The notes beneath the pieces are model-generated. The model was not told the origin of the DNA, did no database searches, and worked only from the letters and a program-made list of their open reading frames with translations. Made by a program: the position numbers and the translations under genes. DNA of 64,000 bases from Mobula hypostoma (Eukaryota): the NCBI RefSeq assembly GCF_963921235.1, contig NC_086108.1, forward strand, positions 43,898,001 to 43,962,000. Reading direction: 5' to 3'. Below, in pieces: positions 25,920 through 39,628 of this stretch (positions within the stretch are counted from its first letter, which is position 1; each line of letters opens with the position of its first letter).

Positions 25920-27650
25920 GTTTAAAACAGGAAATAGAAAAGGTGTGTCAAAATGGCAATGTTATGATAGTCATGGGAGATTTTAATATGCAGGTTGATT
26001 GGGGAAATCAGGCTGGTAATGGATCTCGAGTGAATTTGTTGAATGCCTATGAGATGGCTTTTAGAGCAGTTTGTTGTTTAACCTACTAGGGGATCAGCTA
26101 TACTGGATTGGGTGTTATGAAATGAACTGGTTAGGGAGCTTAAGGTAAAAGCCCTTAGGAGCCAGTGATCACAATATGATTGAGTTCAATTTGAAATTTG
26201 ATAGGGAGAAAGTAAAATATGCTGTAGCAGTATTTTAGTGGAGTAAAGGAAATTACAGTGGTATGAGAGAGGAGTTGGCCAAAGTAAATTGGAAGCAGCT
26301 GCTGGCAGGGGTAATGGAAGAGCAGCAATGGCTTGAGTTTTTCGGGAAAATGAGGAAGGGGCATGATAGATGTATTCCAAAAACAGAGAAATACTCAAAT
26401 GGCAAAATAGTACAACCATGGCTGACAAGGGAAATCAAAGCTAATGTAAAAATAAAAGAGAGGGCATACAACAAAGGAAAAATTATTGGGAAGACAGAGG
26501 ATTGGGAAGCTTTTTTAAAACATTTTAGAGAGCAATTAAAAGAATCATTAGAAGGGAAAAGATGAAATATGAAAGCAAGCTAGCAAACAGTATCAGACTG
26601 GATAGTGAAAGCTTTTTCAAGTATGTAAAAATAAAATAGAGATGAGAGTGGATATAGGACTGCTCGAAAATGAGGTTGGAGAAATAATAACTGGAGACAA
26701 GGAGATGGCAGATAAACTAAATGAGTATTTTTCATCAGTCTTCATTGTGGGAAGACACTAGCAGTGTGCCAGATGTTGTAGTGCGTGAAGGAAGGGAAGT
26801 GAGTGCAGTTACTATTACAAAGGAGAAGGTGCTCAAAAAGCTGAAAGACCCAAAAGTGCGTTAGTCATCCGGACCAGATGAACTGCAGCCTAGGGTTCTG
26901 AAAGAGCACAAGAGATTGGGGTGGAATTAGAAGTGATCTTTCAAAACTGGAAAATTGCAAATGTCACTCCACTCTTTAAGAAAGGAGGAAGACAGCAGAA
27001 AAGAAATTATAGACCAGTTAGCTTGATCTCAGTGGTTGGAAAGATGTTGGAGTCAATTGTTAAGGATGAAGCTATGGAGTATTGGTGACACAGGACAAGC
27101 TGGGACAAAGTCAGTATGGTTTCCTTAAGGGAAAATCTTCCCTGACAAACCTGTTGGAATTCTTTGTTGAGATTACAAGTAGGATGGATAAAGGGGATGC
27201 AGTGGATGTTGTATATTTGGACTTTCAGAAGGCCTTTGACAAGGTGCTTCACATGAGGCTTCATACCTGGTTAAGAGCCCATGGTATTACAAGAAAGTTA
27301 CTAACGTGGTTAGAGCATTGGCTGATTGGTAGGAGGCAGCGAGTGGGAATAAAAGGATCTGTGTCTGGTTCGCTGCCAGTGATTAGTGGCGTTCCGCAGG
27401 GGTCGATGTTAGGACCACTTCTTGTGCCGTATATCAATGATTTAGATGATGGAGTAGATGGCTTTGTTGCCAAGCTTGCAGATGATACAAAGATTGGTGG
27501 AGGGGCAGGTAGTTTTGAGGAAACAGATAGGCTGCAGAAGGACCTTAGATTTAGAGAACGGCCAAGAAAGTGGCAAATTAAATACATTGTTGGAAAATTC
27601 ATGGTCATGCACTTGGTAGCAGAAATAAGTGTGCAGACTATTTTCTAAAT
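25920..27650 (+). mobile_element. CR1 LINE EN-RT remnant
   Basis: IVMGDFN endonuclease motif; RT peptides QYGFLKGKSSLTNLLEFF, VYLDFQKAFDKV, GVPQGS, LADDTKIGG. Confidence 0.88.
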
Positions 27651-27654
27651 AGGG

Positions 27655-28020
27655 TTGTGTCCTCTAGTCTTAGACTCTCCCACTATAGGAAACATCCTCT
27701 CCATGTCCACTCTATCAAGGCCTTTCACCGTTCAATAGGTTTCAAGTAGTTCACCTCTCATTCTTCTGAATGCTTACGAATTCAGGCCTAGAGTCATCAA
27801 ACGCTCTTCGTATGCCAAGCTGTTTAACCCTGGGTCATTTTCGTGACCCTCCTTTGAACCCTCTCCAGTTTCAGCACATCCTTTCTAAGATAAAGGGCCC
27901 AAAACTGCTCACAATACTCCAGTGCTCACCATTGCTTTATGAAGTCTCAACATTACAACCTTGTTTTTATATTCTAAGCCACTTAAAATGAATGCTAACA
28001 TTGCATTTGCCTTCCACAAC
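27655..28020 (-). mobile_element. CR1 fragment in opposite orientation to the adjacent CR1
   Basis: gcccaaaactgctcacaatactccag is the reverse complement of the LEYCEQFWA coding sequence. Confidence 0.65.
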
Positions 28021-29149
28021 ATACTCAATTATCAAATTGATTGATCTGTTTGTTTTCCTCTTTTTCTAGTCATTCTGCCTCATGTTTAAAATTCTTCCCA
28101 ACTGCAGTCCTCTTAAATGCCAAAGTGCCTTCCCTGCAAGGACATTCTTCCTTAGTCTGTGCGCCACAGGATCTGTTTTATCACAAATTTCAATGCACAT
28201 TTAATTTGTAACAGTCCATGCCCTTACAGAGGCTTTACATAGCATTTCCCTGCCCACACAATGTATAACTATGCAACAATTCCTTTATGACAGCCTGAAC
28301 ACTTGAGGTTGACGTTTTCACATTCCATACTACACCTTCCTTCTGCAGCCTCACTAGCTTTACTTCCATTCTCCTAACTGAGCTCATCCAGTATCCTTTC
28401 TGTTGATCTACTAAAAAGCTGCAATGGAAACTTCTTGCAGAGATTTCTAATATTAGTATCTTAATAATTTTAATCCATGTTGATATTTTTGTGTTTAAGA
28501 TGTCATCCATTCTAATGTATAACAACTACATCAGACAAGATTGTAACTGTAAGATTTTCAAGAAAATAAATTGTGAGAGATTCAAACTGGAATTTTTTTC
28601 TCTCTGGTATGCTTTCTGTTGTTTTTCAGCAAATCATTGCATTTATACTCGTGATCTAAATGTGTATTCTTTTCTTGCTATTGACAGGTTTTTGTGATAC
28701 ACTATAAATTTACAGTGTTTGGGTTATGGCCTCTGTTCTGTAAATGTACATGGGTGCGTGAGATTGGTTGTGGGTTGGAGATTAAGCATCCAAAATGGCA
28801 GCATATGTGAAATTCCCTCTTGCCAACGTCCTCATTAACCTTAGAATAGCTATCTGCATACAACCAGCCCCTTCAGCAGAGACAGTTTGATAATTTTCAT
28901 AACAATAGTTATTAGAAGCTACTTTTAATAGGAGTTTTGAACTTTAATTCAATAAACATGAGATCCTTGGGTTTGTTGAAAGTGAGGCAGGTCAAGGACT
29001 GAAGTTTAGATGGGTTAACCTGTGAATGAATACTGCAAGTTTATGAATGGCTTCCTGAGTAAATGTGTAAAAGATTCTTCATAGCTTTTGCACTTTCAAA
29101 TTTAGAGACGACTATTTGTGAAATGTACTTGACAGGATTTAGGAGGCTA

Positions 29150-30970
29150 TTTATAAATCAGGAGCAGGAGTAAGCCATCTGGCCCTCTTAGCCTGCTTTG
29201 CCATTTAATAAGATTGTAATTCCAATTTCCCCTTCCTGTGTATTCCCGGTAATCTTTCACTGCCTTGCTTATCAAACTCTATACAGTTCTACTTTCAAAA
29301 TATTGAGACTGTGCTTCCACCACCCTTTGAGGAAGAGATTTCTAAACACGCTTGACACTTGGGGTGTGGGGGTTAGCAATTGCTTCTGCCATAAGTGCAC
29401 AGCCCTGTATTTTTAAACAGTGTGTTCTAATTCTAGATTCTCCTGCAAGAGGAAACATTATCTCCCCATCCACCTTGAGGGGAGAATCAGATGGGAAATG
29501 AAGCTTAGCTCTATTAGGGGTTTGGGTGAAGGGCTAAGTATTGAAGGAGAAGCCAATGTGCAGAGCAATGAGAGCTAGTGTGGATCAGGAAGGACGGAAG
29601 GGGCATTATAGGATACTAGCAAATAAAGTCAGAAATAGGAAAAATGCTACAATAAAATTAAGGCTAAAAGTTGAGAAGAAATGGAGAAGACAGTTCGTGT
29701 GTCAACTTATGATTTTAATGAGGTCAGTAAAATATGGAAATGATATATTAAATTTGGTTAATGCTACGTGTCTGTTAGTGCATAGTGTGAGATAAATAAG
29801 GTTGGTAAACTGCAGGTACCAGAACTTGCTTGGAAGCATGAAGTGATGATGATGATGGAAATTGTGAACAAAAGGCTGGGACTGGGCATTAAATATTCCT
29901 GGATACAAAGTACTTGAGATGGATAGAAGAGGAGCAGCATTGATGTGAGTGAGTGGGAGTGAAAGCTCCATAGAAAACATCCTAAATGGATCCATCGTAG
30001 CTTAGTGTGGCAACTGCTCTGTCTGAATCTGCAAGGAACCGCAGAGTTGTGAACTCAGCTCAGCACATAATGGAAACCTTCATGGACTTTGTCAATACAT
30101 CTCACTGCTTTGGAAAAGCAGTCAACATAATCAAAGACTCCTCACACACTAGACATTTTCTCTCCCCCCCCCCATTGTACGTAAGACACAAAAGCCTGAA
30201 AGCACATGCCATCAGACTTGAGGACAGCTTCTGTCCAACCTTTATATGACTATTGAACAGACCTCTTGTACAATCTACCTCATCCTGGCCTTGCACCTTA
30301 TTGTCTCACTTTCTCTGTAACTATAACACGATATTCTGCAGTCTATTACTGCTTTTTTTTCTTGTACTAACCTGATGTATTGATGTGGTGAACTGATCTG
30401 TGTGGATGGCATGCAAAACAGTTTTTTTTATTGTACCTCAGTAGACGTGACAATAATTACCAATTACCTAGTGGATCAAGTGTGCCAAGTTTCAGATGAG
30501 GAACCTTTAGTCTATAGTAACAATAACATCATAGAATTTAGATAAGCTATAACAAGGAAGGAACAATATGAACTAAGAGTAATTCTTCAGAGAAAGGCCA
30601 ACTTTTGTGGGATGAGAGTTGTTCAGGGCCACATAAATTGGAACTAAAAGTTAACCAGCCAAACTATAAAAGAGCAATAGACTGACCTTAAGGAAGAGAC
30701 AATTCAGGTACGGTTTAGTGCACTCTCCTGAGAAGCAAATGAAAAGCAAACAAATCCAGAGCTCAATGAATGAGAAACTGATAAAGGTAAAGCAAGAAAT
30801 GGCTGAATGTGACAAGTGTAGGGTTAAAAATGTTGAGAACCAGGCTGATTACAAAAGAGCCAGAGGGGAAGTGAAAACAAAAATCAGAGACAAAGAGGGG
30901 TTTAAAAAAATAATTATCTGCCAACAAAAATAGGAGGACAATCTATGGCCATATAAGTAGTAAAAAGATA
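29150..30970. mobile_element. Cluster of old CR1 fragments and a Rex-like 3' end (about 29955-30470)
   Basis: CR1 3' UTR-like caggagcaggagtaagccatctggccc; peptide RRVVNSAQHIM...CFGKAVNIIKDSSH; boundaries approximate. Confidence 0.55.
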
Positions 30971-31407
30971 GAACATCTATGATTACTTCAATTAGATTTG
31001 CCTTCCTTCTTGAATTTGGTGTTGGTTATGGTGACTCTGAGGAGTTCTGGCATGGGAGATGAGGGAAGTGACATTGTGAGTCTGTAACTCAAGTTATTCT
31101 TCACCAGGTTTTGGAACTATTGAGGCTCCGAGTTTTTTTTCAATACAGTTAGCCTTTATCGACTAACTGTATGTCAGGGAGGTGGCAAGGCCAGACTGGG
31201 CAATTTGTTATGGAGAGAAATCAAATACACCCATGTCAAGGACAGAGTCATCAATGAGTAGCTCTTTGAAGCACTTTTTCCAATAGGTGCTATCCACATC
31301 TCAACCCAATAAGTTGACTTGTGTTTTTGGCTGTCTGAGAGGCGGTTCATTGACTGGGACTCAACTGGTTTTGAAGGTGTCCTGCACATCACATCAAAGC
31401 TGAACAT

Positions 31408-32256
31408 TGTGACAAAAGAACCAGTTATCAGAAGATTGATGCCGATAAGAGGACAATGGGGGAACATGCAAGGTGCTAATAAGAGAGAGACGAGAGAGAT
31501 TACCGAAAGGAAACACGGTTCCGAGTATTGTCAGAGACCGGTGGCTTTGAACCCTGAACTGATTGAAGTTTGATGGACAGGCGATACCCCAGCAGGGGGA
31601 TAAAAAGGGACAGGGACGCTAAGGCAACAGACACACGACTCTACGAGGTAACGAGACCCTGGAAGCGGTGTACCCCCACAAGTTGGTGGGAGTTTTTTTG
31701 AGGTCTGGTCGCGGGACCAGCCATAGACGCACAGGGTAGAAAGATACGGTCGGCGGGAACCCGGTGTGTGTGTTCGCCCTTGCCTGGGTGCCAGGTTCAC
31801 CGCAGAAGAATGATCGTATCTGGAACGGAGGGGTCACAGTCGGTGACCTCAGAAGACATTACAAAGGGCTCGCCCGAAAGCTAACTACGAGGAATATCTA
31901 AGGTCTATGTGGAATCTGTTTTGAATATTCATTCGCTTTCGCTCTCTCTCTTCTCCCCGCCCCAACGGCACAACAGTGATTACTGTGAACTGAACTGAAC
32001 TCAATTGAACTGAACTTTGCGTCACTTGAAACTGGTCATTTACCCCTAGACTGCGATAGAGCTTGATTGATCCTATTATCCTAGTTCTGTGTACATGTGT
32101 GTTTTATCATTGCTAAACTGTTGCATTTATATCCTTTTGATTAGAGAACTGTGTTACTTATTTCTTTAATAAAACTCTCTTAGTTCCAGTAATCCAGACT
32201 CCAACTAAGTGGTCCATTTCTGCTGGTTTGGCAACCCAGTTATGGGGTACGTAACA
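31408..32256 (+). mobile_element. Solo LTR (family A, second copy)
   Basis: TGTGAC...GTAACA termini, 4-bp TSD ACAT (31404-31407 / 32257-32260). Confidence 0.9.
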
Positions 32257-32309
32257 ACATCTGTTAGACAGCTGATGATTCTCCTGCGGTTTCATGTTTA
32301 CAGCTGTGA

Positions 32310-32425
32310 GAGATCTGGCCAAGGTCACATGTTGGCTAGTGACATCTGGTGATCTGGCCAAGATCATGTGTTAGGCTGCAGTTACAGGAGATCTGACCAG
32401 GATCATATGTTGGATTGTGGCATCT
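32310..32425. repeat. Degenerate tandem repeat, three 39-bp units
   Basis: GATCTGRCCARGRTCAYRTGTT recurs at 32312, 32351 and 32390. Confidence 0.75.
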
Positions 32426-33941
32426 TTACATCGCATTATTTTCAAGAGAAATACAGGGAGTGGTACCCATACCAACCAAAGTGACTCTACCAAGTTAGTA
32501 AACATAGCAATCACACACTTTCTTGTGAGAGCTCTTAGAATTGCAATCTGGGTTATTGGTATATCTGATCTGCCATCAGATGATCTCTCCATTTCAAAAA
32601 AAAAATCAGACCTAAGGTTAATAAGAAACCAGCTGATTATTATTCAGTAACTGTACTGTAAAAAGGAATAAGATTAGTATGGATGATTCATTCTGAACAT
32701 CAGAAGAACAAGAATTATGTACTAATGTCAGAATAAAATGAGCTTTAAATGTTCCTCTGTAACAAAATGGATTATTGCTTAATCTGATATACCTGCAAGC
32801 TTTATATTGCCATAGTGTGCAGCCTATCAGATATAATTTTAGAATGTAGAGTCATAGAGCTTAGGCCACATTAGAGTTTTCATATGGGGACAAAGGTTTC
32901 TCATCTCCTTTTAAATATCTGATTTTCACAGACATTTGTCCTAGTGTTTATATTCTGATATTCATAATTTTTTCTCTCTGATGACAATGCACATTTAGGT
33001 AACTTCTTCTGACTAAACTTAGCAAAATTTTGCATGATGGGAATGAAACTCTCAAAATGTTAAAAAAATAATGAGAATTAGCAATGCAGATTATTGTTTT
33101 TTTAAAATCAGTTAATTACGTGGAGGAGATTCCGATGGCATTTGGTTTGTGATAAACCGACTAATTAGTACTGGAAGATGCCATTCAACCTGCTGACTGG
33201 TTAAGATGAAGCCCTGCTAATTTACTATAGCACTGCTGTTTTCTAGTCCGAACACTGACAGGTACATGCTACCCTGTATCAAAAATCTTACTCTGGCCTA
33301 CAAATTCCTGTACTGCAACAGGGACATAGGGCAAAACCCTGCCTTATATTGGCACTTCAAGAGGAGTGAGTAGCCCACTACTTGAAACGGAGAAGCTGCT
33401 TCTGAGGACTGTGATTGTCGATGGGTGCAGATCATCAGCACTGAGATCTGTGCTTCATGACTGGACCCTTGCAAAGTACTGCTGTGGACTGGAGGCACCT
33501 TTTCCATTTAGTGACTGATTGCCCAAATCCTATAACCTTTCTCTTATAATCTCTTAGTTTCTATCTTATCCTGCTGGATGTGATGGAAACTACTGTTCTT
33601 CACCACCCCCGCCCCCCCTCCCCCCCGCCATTTGCCTGCACAGTTCTGCCAAGTCCTGAGAGTTTGCTGATAGAAAAAGCTCAACATCGGGTTTCTGGCA
33701 CAGCAGTGCTGTCCATAACGTTTCTCTGTATATGATGCACGAATTAGAAATGATTCCCTTAGTGCTTTAGCACACATTCTAAGTGGTTAGTGTGGTATTA
33801 ATGTAGTAATCTTGTGGTGTCCTTATCCTTTTCACAAATGTGTTTTTCATATTACAGCACTTCAGTGTGTTCTTGTTATGTACAAACTGGACCTGTTGTC
33901 AATAATTGAGCTGACTATTTATGAATCATGAAGGATTTATG

Positions 33942-34409
33942 TAAATCTAGTGGGCTCCATCTTTGGCACTAGCCTACAAAATACCCATGACATCTTTAGG
34001 GAGCGGTGTCTCAGAAAGGCAGCGTCCATTATTAAAGACCTCCAGCACCCAGGGCATGCCCTTTCCTCACTGTTACCATCAGGTAGGAGATACAGAAGCC
34101 TGAAGGCACACACTCATCAATTCAGGAACAGCTTCTTCTCCTCTGTCAGCCGATTCCTAAATGGACATTGAAGCTTTGGACACTACCTCACTTTTTAAAA
34201 AATATACAGTATTTTTGTTTTTGCACATTTTAAAACATCTATTCTATATATGTAATTGATTTACTTGTTTATTTATTATGTTTTTTTCATTTATTATTAT
34301 TATTTTCTCTCTCTCTCCCCTAGATTATGTATTGCATTGAACTGCTATTGCTAAGTTAACAAATTTCATGTCACATGCTGGTGGTGATAAACCTGATTCT
34401 GATTCTGAT
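33942..34409 (+). mobile_element. Rex-like LINE 3' end with (CTGATT)n tail
   Basis: Peptide RCLRKAASIIKDLQHPGHAL...LLPSGRRYRSL; tail aaacctgattctgattctgatt; same family as 58676-59190. Confidence 0.8.
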
Positions 34410-36865
34410 TTTATATATATTTTTAGCAAATCTCGAGTTGGAGTAGTTCTGTCGGTTGGTTACAAGGGCAAATGTTAGAATTTCAGCAGTGAAAGAGTAA
34501 AGCTGAGGGAGCTGCAGAGATGAAATAAGATTTTTTTAATATATGTATGTATGACTGGAAGGATGTAGAATCTAAGCTGGGAGTGCAGATAAACAGCATT
34601 CCAACATTGTAAGTACTCTGGTTATGCTTGAGACATGGGCAAGAAGGCAGATGGAATTGCTTAAAAAGAAATCATAGTTTAGAGCAGTGATTCCCAACAG
34701 GGCAGTTACGTGTCCTAAGGGGGCGTTTGGGGAAATGGAAGTCGTTGGGAGGTATTAGTCAAGATTGTTGGGGGGAGAGGGGAGGGAGGCTGTATACAGC
34801 ACTCTAACTTGAAGCATGAGACCTGATCGATGGTTAGTAGAGCAGGAGCAGGCACTTCTAGAAGAAAGGATAGGCACTGGAACACAGGGTGAACTATTGC
34901 TCTGCAGGCTGTGAGCGTCGTCGTCACAATGCATCTGAAACTCAGCAATCTCGTACAATCTTACCAACCACACAGACATTATTTGGAATGAATAAGTTAG
35001 CACCAGGGTGCTCAACAGTCCCCCTCAACTCGTGGCACAGAATGAGCTCATGTAATTTAATAGTTGGTAAGTCAAGTCCAACCTCTACAGATCTACAGAA
35101 CACAGGTCATGCAAAGATGCAGTTCTGGCTGGAACCAAATGGTGAAGTAGAGCCAATCAGTCAACCTGCCAACCCCGAGGATTCCACTTGAGGTGTTCAA
35201 AGCGACCTCGGCTTCATATATGCCAAGAAAGCTAAAAATGAAAATGACCTTGATAGTTGTCTCATTGCTTCTTATAATATTTCTGAAGTGGTAGCAAAAT
35301 GTGGTGAATCTCATACAACTGGTAAAAGAATTATAATGCCTTCTGTATTAGAAGTGCTCACCACTGTTCTCAAAATAGATACCAGTATTTTAAAATCAAT
35401 TTCTCAAAGTAATAATTCTGTAGCTCATTGTGTTGACAAAATGAGTGATCGTCTATGCACAGAGCTACAAAAAACAGAATTTGAGATACAACTGGAGGAG
35501 TCAACTGTACATGACAATGAGGCATATGTACAGTTTATCAAAAATGGAAAAATTTATGAAGGTATTCTCTTTTGTAAAAAGTTAAAACCAATATCAATGG
35601 AGAATCAATCTATGACAAGCTTGAAATGTATATTGAGGATAAAAGCATTCCGATAAGGAACATGACTTCTTGTGCAACAGATGCAGCACCATATATGACA
35701 GGTTGCCATGCTGGTTAGTGGCATTTATGAGAAAAGAAACTCTGTTTGCAATTCATCAACATCTGGCAGCCAAATTCCTTAGCCAGTGACTTTTTTTTTC
35801 AAGCATGACTCTTGTAATACCTGCTATCAACAAAATTAAAGCTCATCCATTAAATAGAATATTTCACCAATTATGTCAAGGTAACGATGAAGAGTTTGAA
35901 CGCTTACTTCTTCACAGTGAAGTGCATTAGCTGTCAAGAAGCTACTGCTTAAAATGTTTTTGATCTTTTTAACACTGTGGTTGAATTTTTGCTCAAAGTC
36001 AACAAGAGCTTGGGAAACAAGGTTGAACTTCTACGTAGAGATTTGGCATACTATCCAATCTGTATGACAAAATGAACATTCTAAATATGAAACTGCAGGG
36101 TGAGAATTTCAATTTAATCCAGACAAAAAGTGCAGTGTCCACTTTTATTGGAAAATTGGAAATATATACGCAAAACATTGGGAGAAGAATGTTCTCTCAG
36201 TTTTCCTACATGGAAAATATGGCACTTTCTTTCACAGATGATTTGCAAGAGTACTGTTTACACCAGCAGTCACTGAAGAAGGATTTTCAGAATCGATTCA
36301 AGGATTTAAATGATCTGGAAATTCTGCACTGGGTAATTAACTCATTTCTTTGCAAGGTGAAAGAACAGGAAGAGAGCTTGCAAGAAGAAATGATGGAAAT
36401 TCAGAATGACGAAGAAGTGAAAATGCTTTTCAAAAATGTCTACTTTGGTAGTATATGGCTACACTGTAATAAGACTTGGTTTTTGGAGAAGAGCCAAACT
36501 GCTCTTCATTGCACTTCCATCCTCCTACCTTGTTGAAAGAGGCTTCATTGTAGTGAACCACATACTCCACAAAAAACAGAAACCGCTTGGACGTTGTTAT
36601 GTATTGGGACTTGCGGCTTTTGCTGTCACAACTTGAACCACATATTTCAGTTCTTGCTAAAAGCTATCAAGCTCAAGGATCACATTGATATCGAAGCTGC
36701 TGTACAGCACACAGGTACTGTGTAAGCTAGGTTTAAAGACCATCAAAGATTTAAAGCAGTATCATTTCTCTCATGTTAGCATATGGTAGACGTGACTTTA
36801 CACTATGGGGGTGCCAGTAAGTATATTGTGCCTAAGAGGGGCATTGGCAAGTGTGAAGGTGCTTT

Positions 36866-39628
36866 AGTCATAGTCATGGTCATACTTTATTGATCCCGGG
36901 AGAAATTGGTTTTCGTTACAGTTGCACCATAAATAATAAATAGTAATAGAACCATAAATAGTTGAATAGTAATATGTAAATTATGCCAGTAAATTATGAA
37001 ATAAGTCCAGGACCAGCCTATTGGCTGAGGGTGTCTGACCCTCCAAGGGAGGAGTTGTAAAGTTTGATGGCCACAGTCAGGAATGACTTCCTATGACGCT
37101 CTGTGCTGCATCTCGGTGGAATGAGTCTCTGGCTGAATGTACTCCTGTGCCCACCCAGTACATTATGTAGTGGATGGGAAACATTGGCCAAGATGGTCTG
37201 CAACTTAGACAACATCCTCTTTTCAGACAACACTGTGAGAGAGTCCAGTTCCACCCCCACAACATCACTGGCCTTACGAATGAGTTTGTTGATTCTGTTG
37301 GTGTCTGCTACTCTCAGCCTGCTGCCCCAGCACACAACAGCAAACATGATAGCACTGGCCACCACAGACTCGAAGCACATCCTCAGCATTGTCCGGCAGA
37401 TTGAGGTCTCCTCAGGAAATAGAGACGGCTCTGACCCTTCTTGTAGACAGCTTCATTGTTCTTTGACCAGTCCAGTTTATTGTCAATTCGTATCCCCGGG
37501 TATCTGTAATCCTCCACCATGTCCACACTGACCTCCTGGATGGAAACAGGGGTCACCAGTACCTTAGCTCTCCTCATGTCTACCACTAGCTCCTTAGTCT
37601 TTTTCATATTAAGCTGCAGATAATTCTGCTCACACCATTTCCCACAACGTTTCCTACTGTAGCCCTGTACTCAGCCTCATCTCCCCTGCTGATGCATCCA
37701 ACTATGGCAGAGTCATCCGAAAACGTCTGAAGATGACAAGACTCTGTGCAGTATTTGAATTCCGAGGTATAAATGGTGAAGAGGAAGGGAGACAAGACAG
37801 TCCCCTGTGGAGCCCCAGTGCTGCTGATGACTCTGTCGGACACACAGTGTTGCAAGCACACGTACTGTGGCCTGCCAGTCAGGTAATCAAGAATCCATGA
37901 TACCAGGGAAGCATCCACCTGCATCGCTGTCAGCTTCTCCCCCAGCAGAGCAGGGCGGATGGTGTTGAACACACTGGAGAAGTCAAAAAACATGACCCTC
38001 ACAGTGCTGGCTGGCTTGTCCAGGTGGGCATAGACATGGTTCAGCAGGTAGACGATGGCATCCTCAACTCCTAGTCGGGGCTGGTAGAAGAACTGGATCT
38101 AAGTGTAGCCTGACGTAGGCCGGAGCAGCTCCAGAACAAGTCTCTCCAGGGTCTTCATGATGTGGGAGGTCAATGCCACCGGTCTGTAGTCATTGAGGCC
38201 GCTGGGGTGCGGCGTCTTCAGCACAGGGACAAAGCATGACGTCTTCCACAGTACAGGAACCCTCCAGAACCTCAGGCTCAGGTTGAATACATGGCAAAGT
38301 ACTCGTCATAGCTGAGGGACACAGGCTTTGAGCACCTTGGTACTGACACCGTCCGGTCCTGCAGCCTTGCTTGGGATGAGACGTTTCAGCTGTCTTCTCA
38401 CCTGTTCAGCTGTGAAGCCCACCATGGTGGTTTCATGTGGGGAAGGGGTATAGTCATGAGGGCAGGGTGAGGGACTGTGAGGAGGGGTAGGAGGGGAGAG
38501 TGAAATATGTGTTGGTTGGGGGCCGACAACGGATGGCTCATGTGTGGGATGGGCAGGGGCCACAATGTCAAATCTGTTAAAGAACAGGTTAAGTTCATTG
38601 GCCCTGTCCACACTGCCTTCAGCTCCTCTGTTGCTAGTTTGCTGGAACCCAGTGATGGTCCTCATCCCCCTCCAGACCTCTCTCATGTTGTTCTGCTGGA
38701 GTTTCCGCTCAAGCTTCCTCCTGTACCTGTCTTTAGCCTCCCTGATCCTGGCTTTCAGGTCCCTCTGTATCGCCCTCAGCTCCTCCCTATTCCCATCTCT
38801 AAACGCCCTCTTTTTAGCGTTCAGGATGTCCTTAATGTCCTTTGTCACCCATGGCTTGTTATTGGAATAACAAAGGACAGTTCTTGTCGGAACATTGCAG
38901 TCCACACAGAAGTTGATGTAATCAGTGATGCGCTCTGTGAGCCCATCAATATCCTCTCCATGTGGCTCACAGAGTGCCTGCCAGTCTGTCACCTCAAAGC
39001 AACCCTGGAGCGCCTCATAAGCCTCCTGTTAGAGTGGATTTCTTTTTGGGTAGATGATTTGTTTACACTTAAATGACTTTGGCCACCAGACTTCTATTTT
39101 AACTGTTTGACAAAGGACTGTGGATTGAGTCCACCACAATGGGCTTCCTAAAAGGTGTAAATACCAGATGCTTCTGGCTCCTGATGCTGTAGTTTCGAAG
39201 ACAGTCTTATCTATACATTATAAATATTAATTGTCTTCTATGTTAGCACGTAAAATGCCAAATAAATGTATTGTGGATTGAATTAAAGGCTGTGGATACC
39301 AACACAGACATGTTGGCGTTGGAAGGAAAGGATGAAATCCGAAGGTGTGATGTTTGTATGTAACTTCAAAAGGAAGCATTGTCTGTAACTTTTTAAGTAG
39401 CGATTGCCTTTGTGTTTAGCATATAAGTATCGAGCCCACATTTTAGCTAGCAGACCTTTCTGCGGAAAGCGTCTCCATCCGTTAAGATGCCTGCTGTACC
39501 TTGTTGTGTCGAGTAAAGAAGCTGCTTTGTATCTACCAGTGACTCTGTCTCTCCGGTGATTACATCCACATTACAACACCTCCTCTGACCATTTTCTCAC
39601 TGTCCTCGAGGTTGCAGGTTTACTCTTC
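36866..39628 (-). mobile_element. Rex1/Babar LINE (long 5'-truncated copy) nested in the hAT element
   Basis: RT peptides VMFFDFSSVFNTI, GAPQGTVLSPFLF, FSDDSAIVG; (TATGAC)n tail at 36866; coding sequence resumes after the LTR at 39579. Confidence 0.9.
39027..39578 (+). mobile_element. Solo LTR (family C) nested in the Rex1/Babar LINE
   Basis: TGTT...AACA termini, 5-bp TSD CCTCC (39022-39026 / 39579-39583). Strand tentative, from AGTAAA near the right end. Confidence 0.82.

Noticed and set aside
15617..32256. Single 16.6-kb provirus bounded by the two family-A LTRs
   Set aside because: Each LTR has its own matching TSD and there is no PBS, gag or pol between them.
32310..32425. CRISPR-like repeat-spacer array
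   Set aside because: Eukaryotic context, only three degenerate units, the variable parts are short and related, and there are no cas genes.
35288..36690. Domesticated ZBED5/SCAND3-like host gene
   Set aside because: Multiple frameshifts and stops, and it is enclosed by TIRs and a TSD, so it is a dead transposon.
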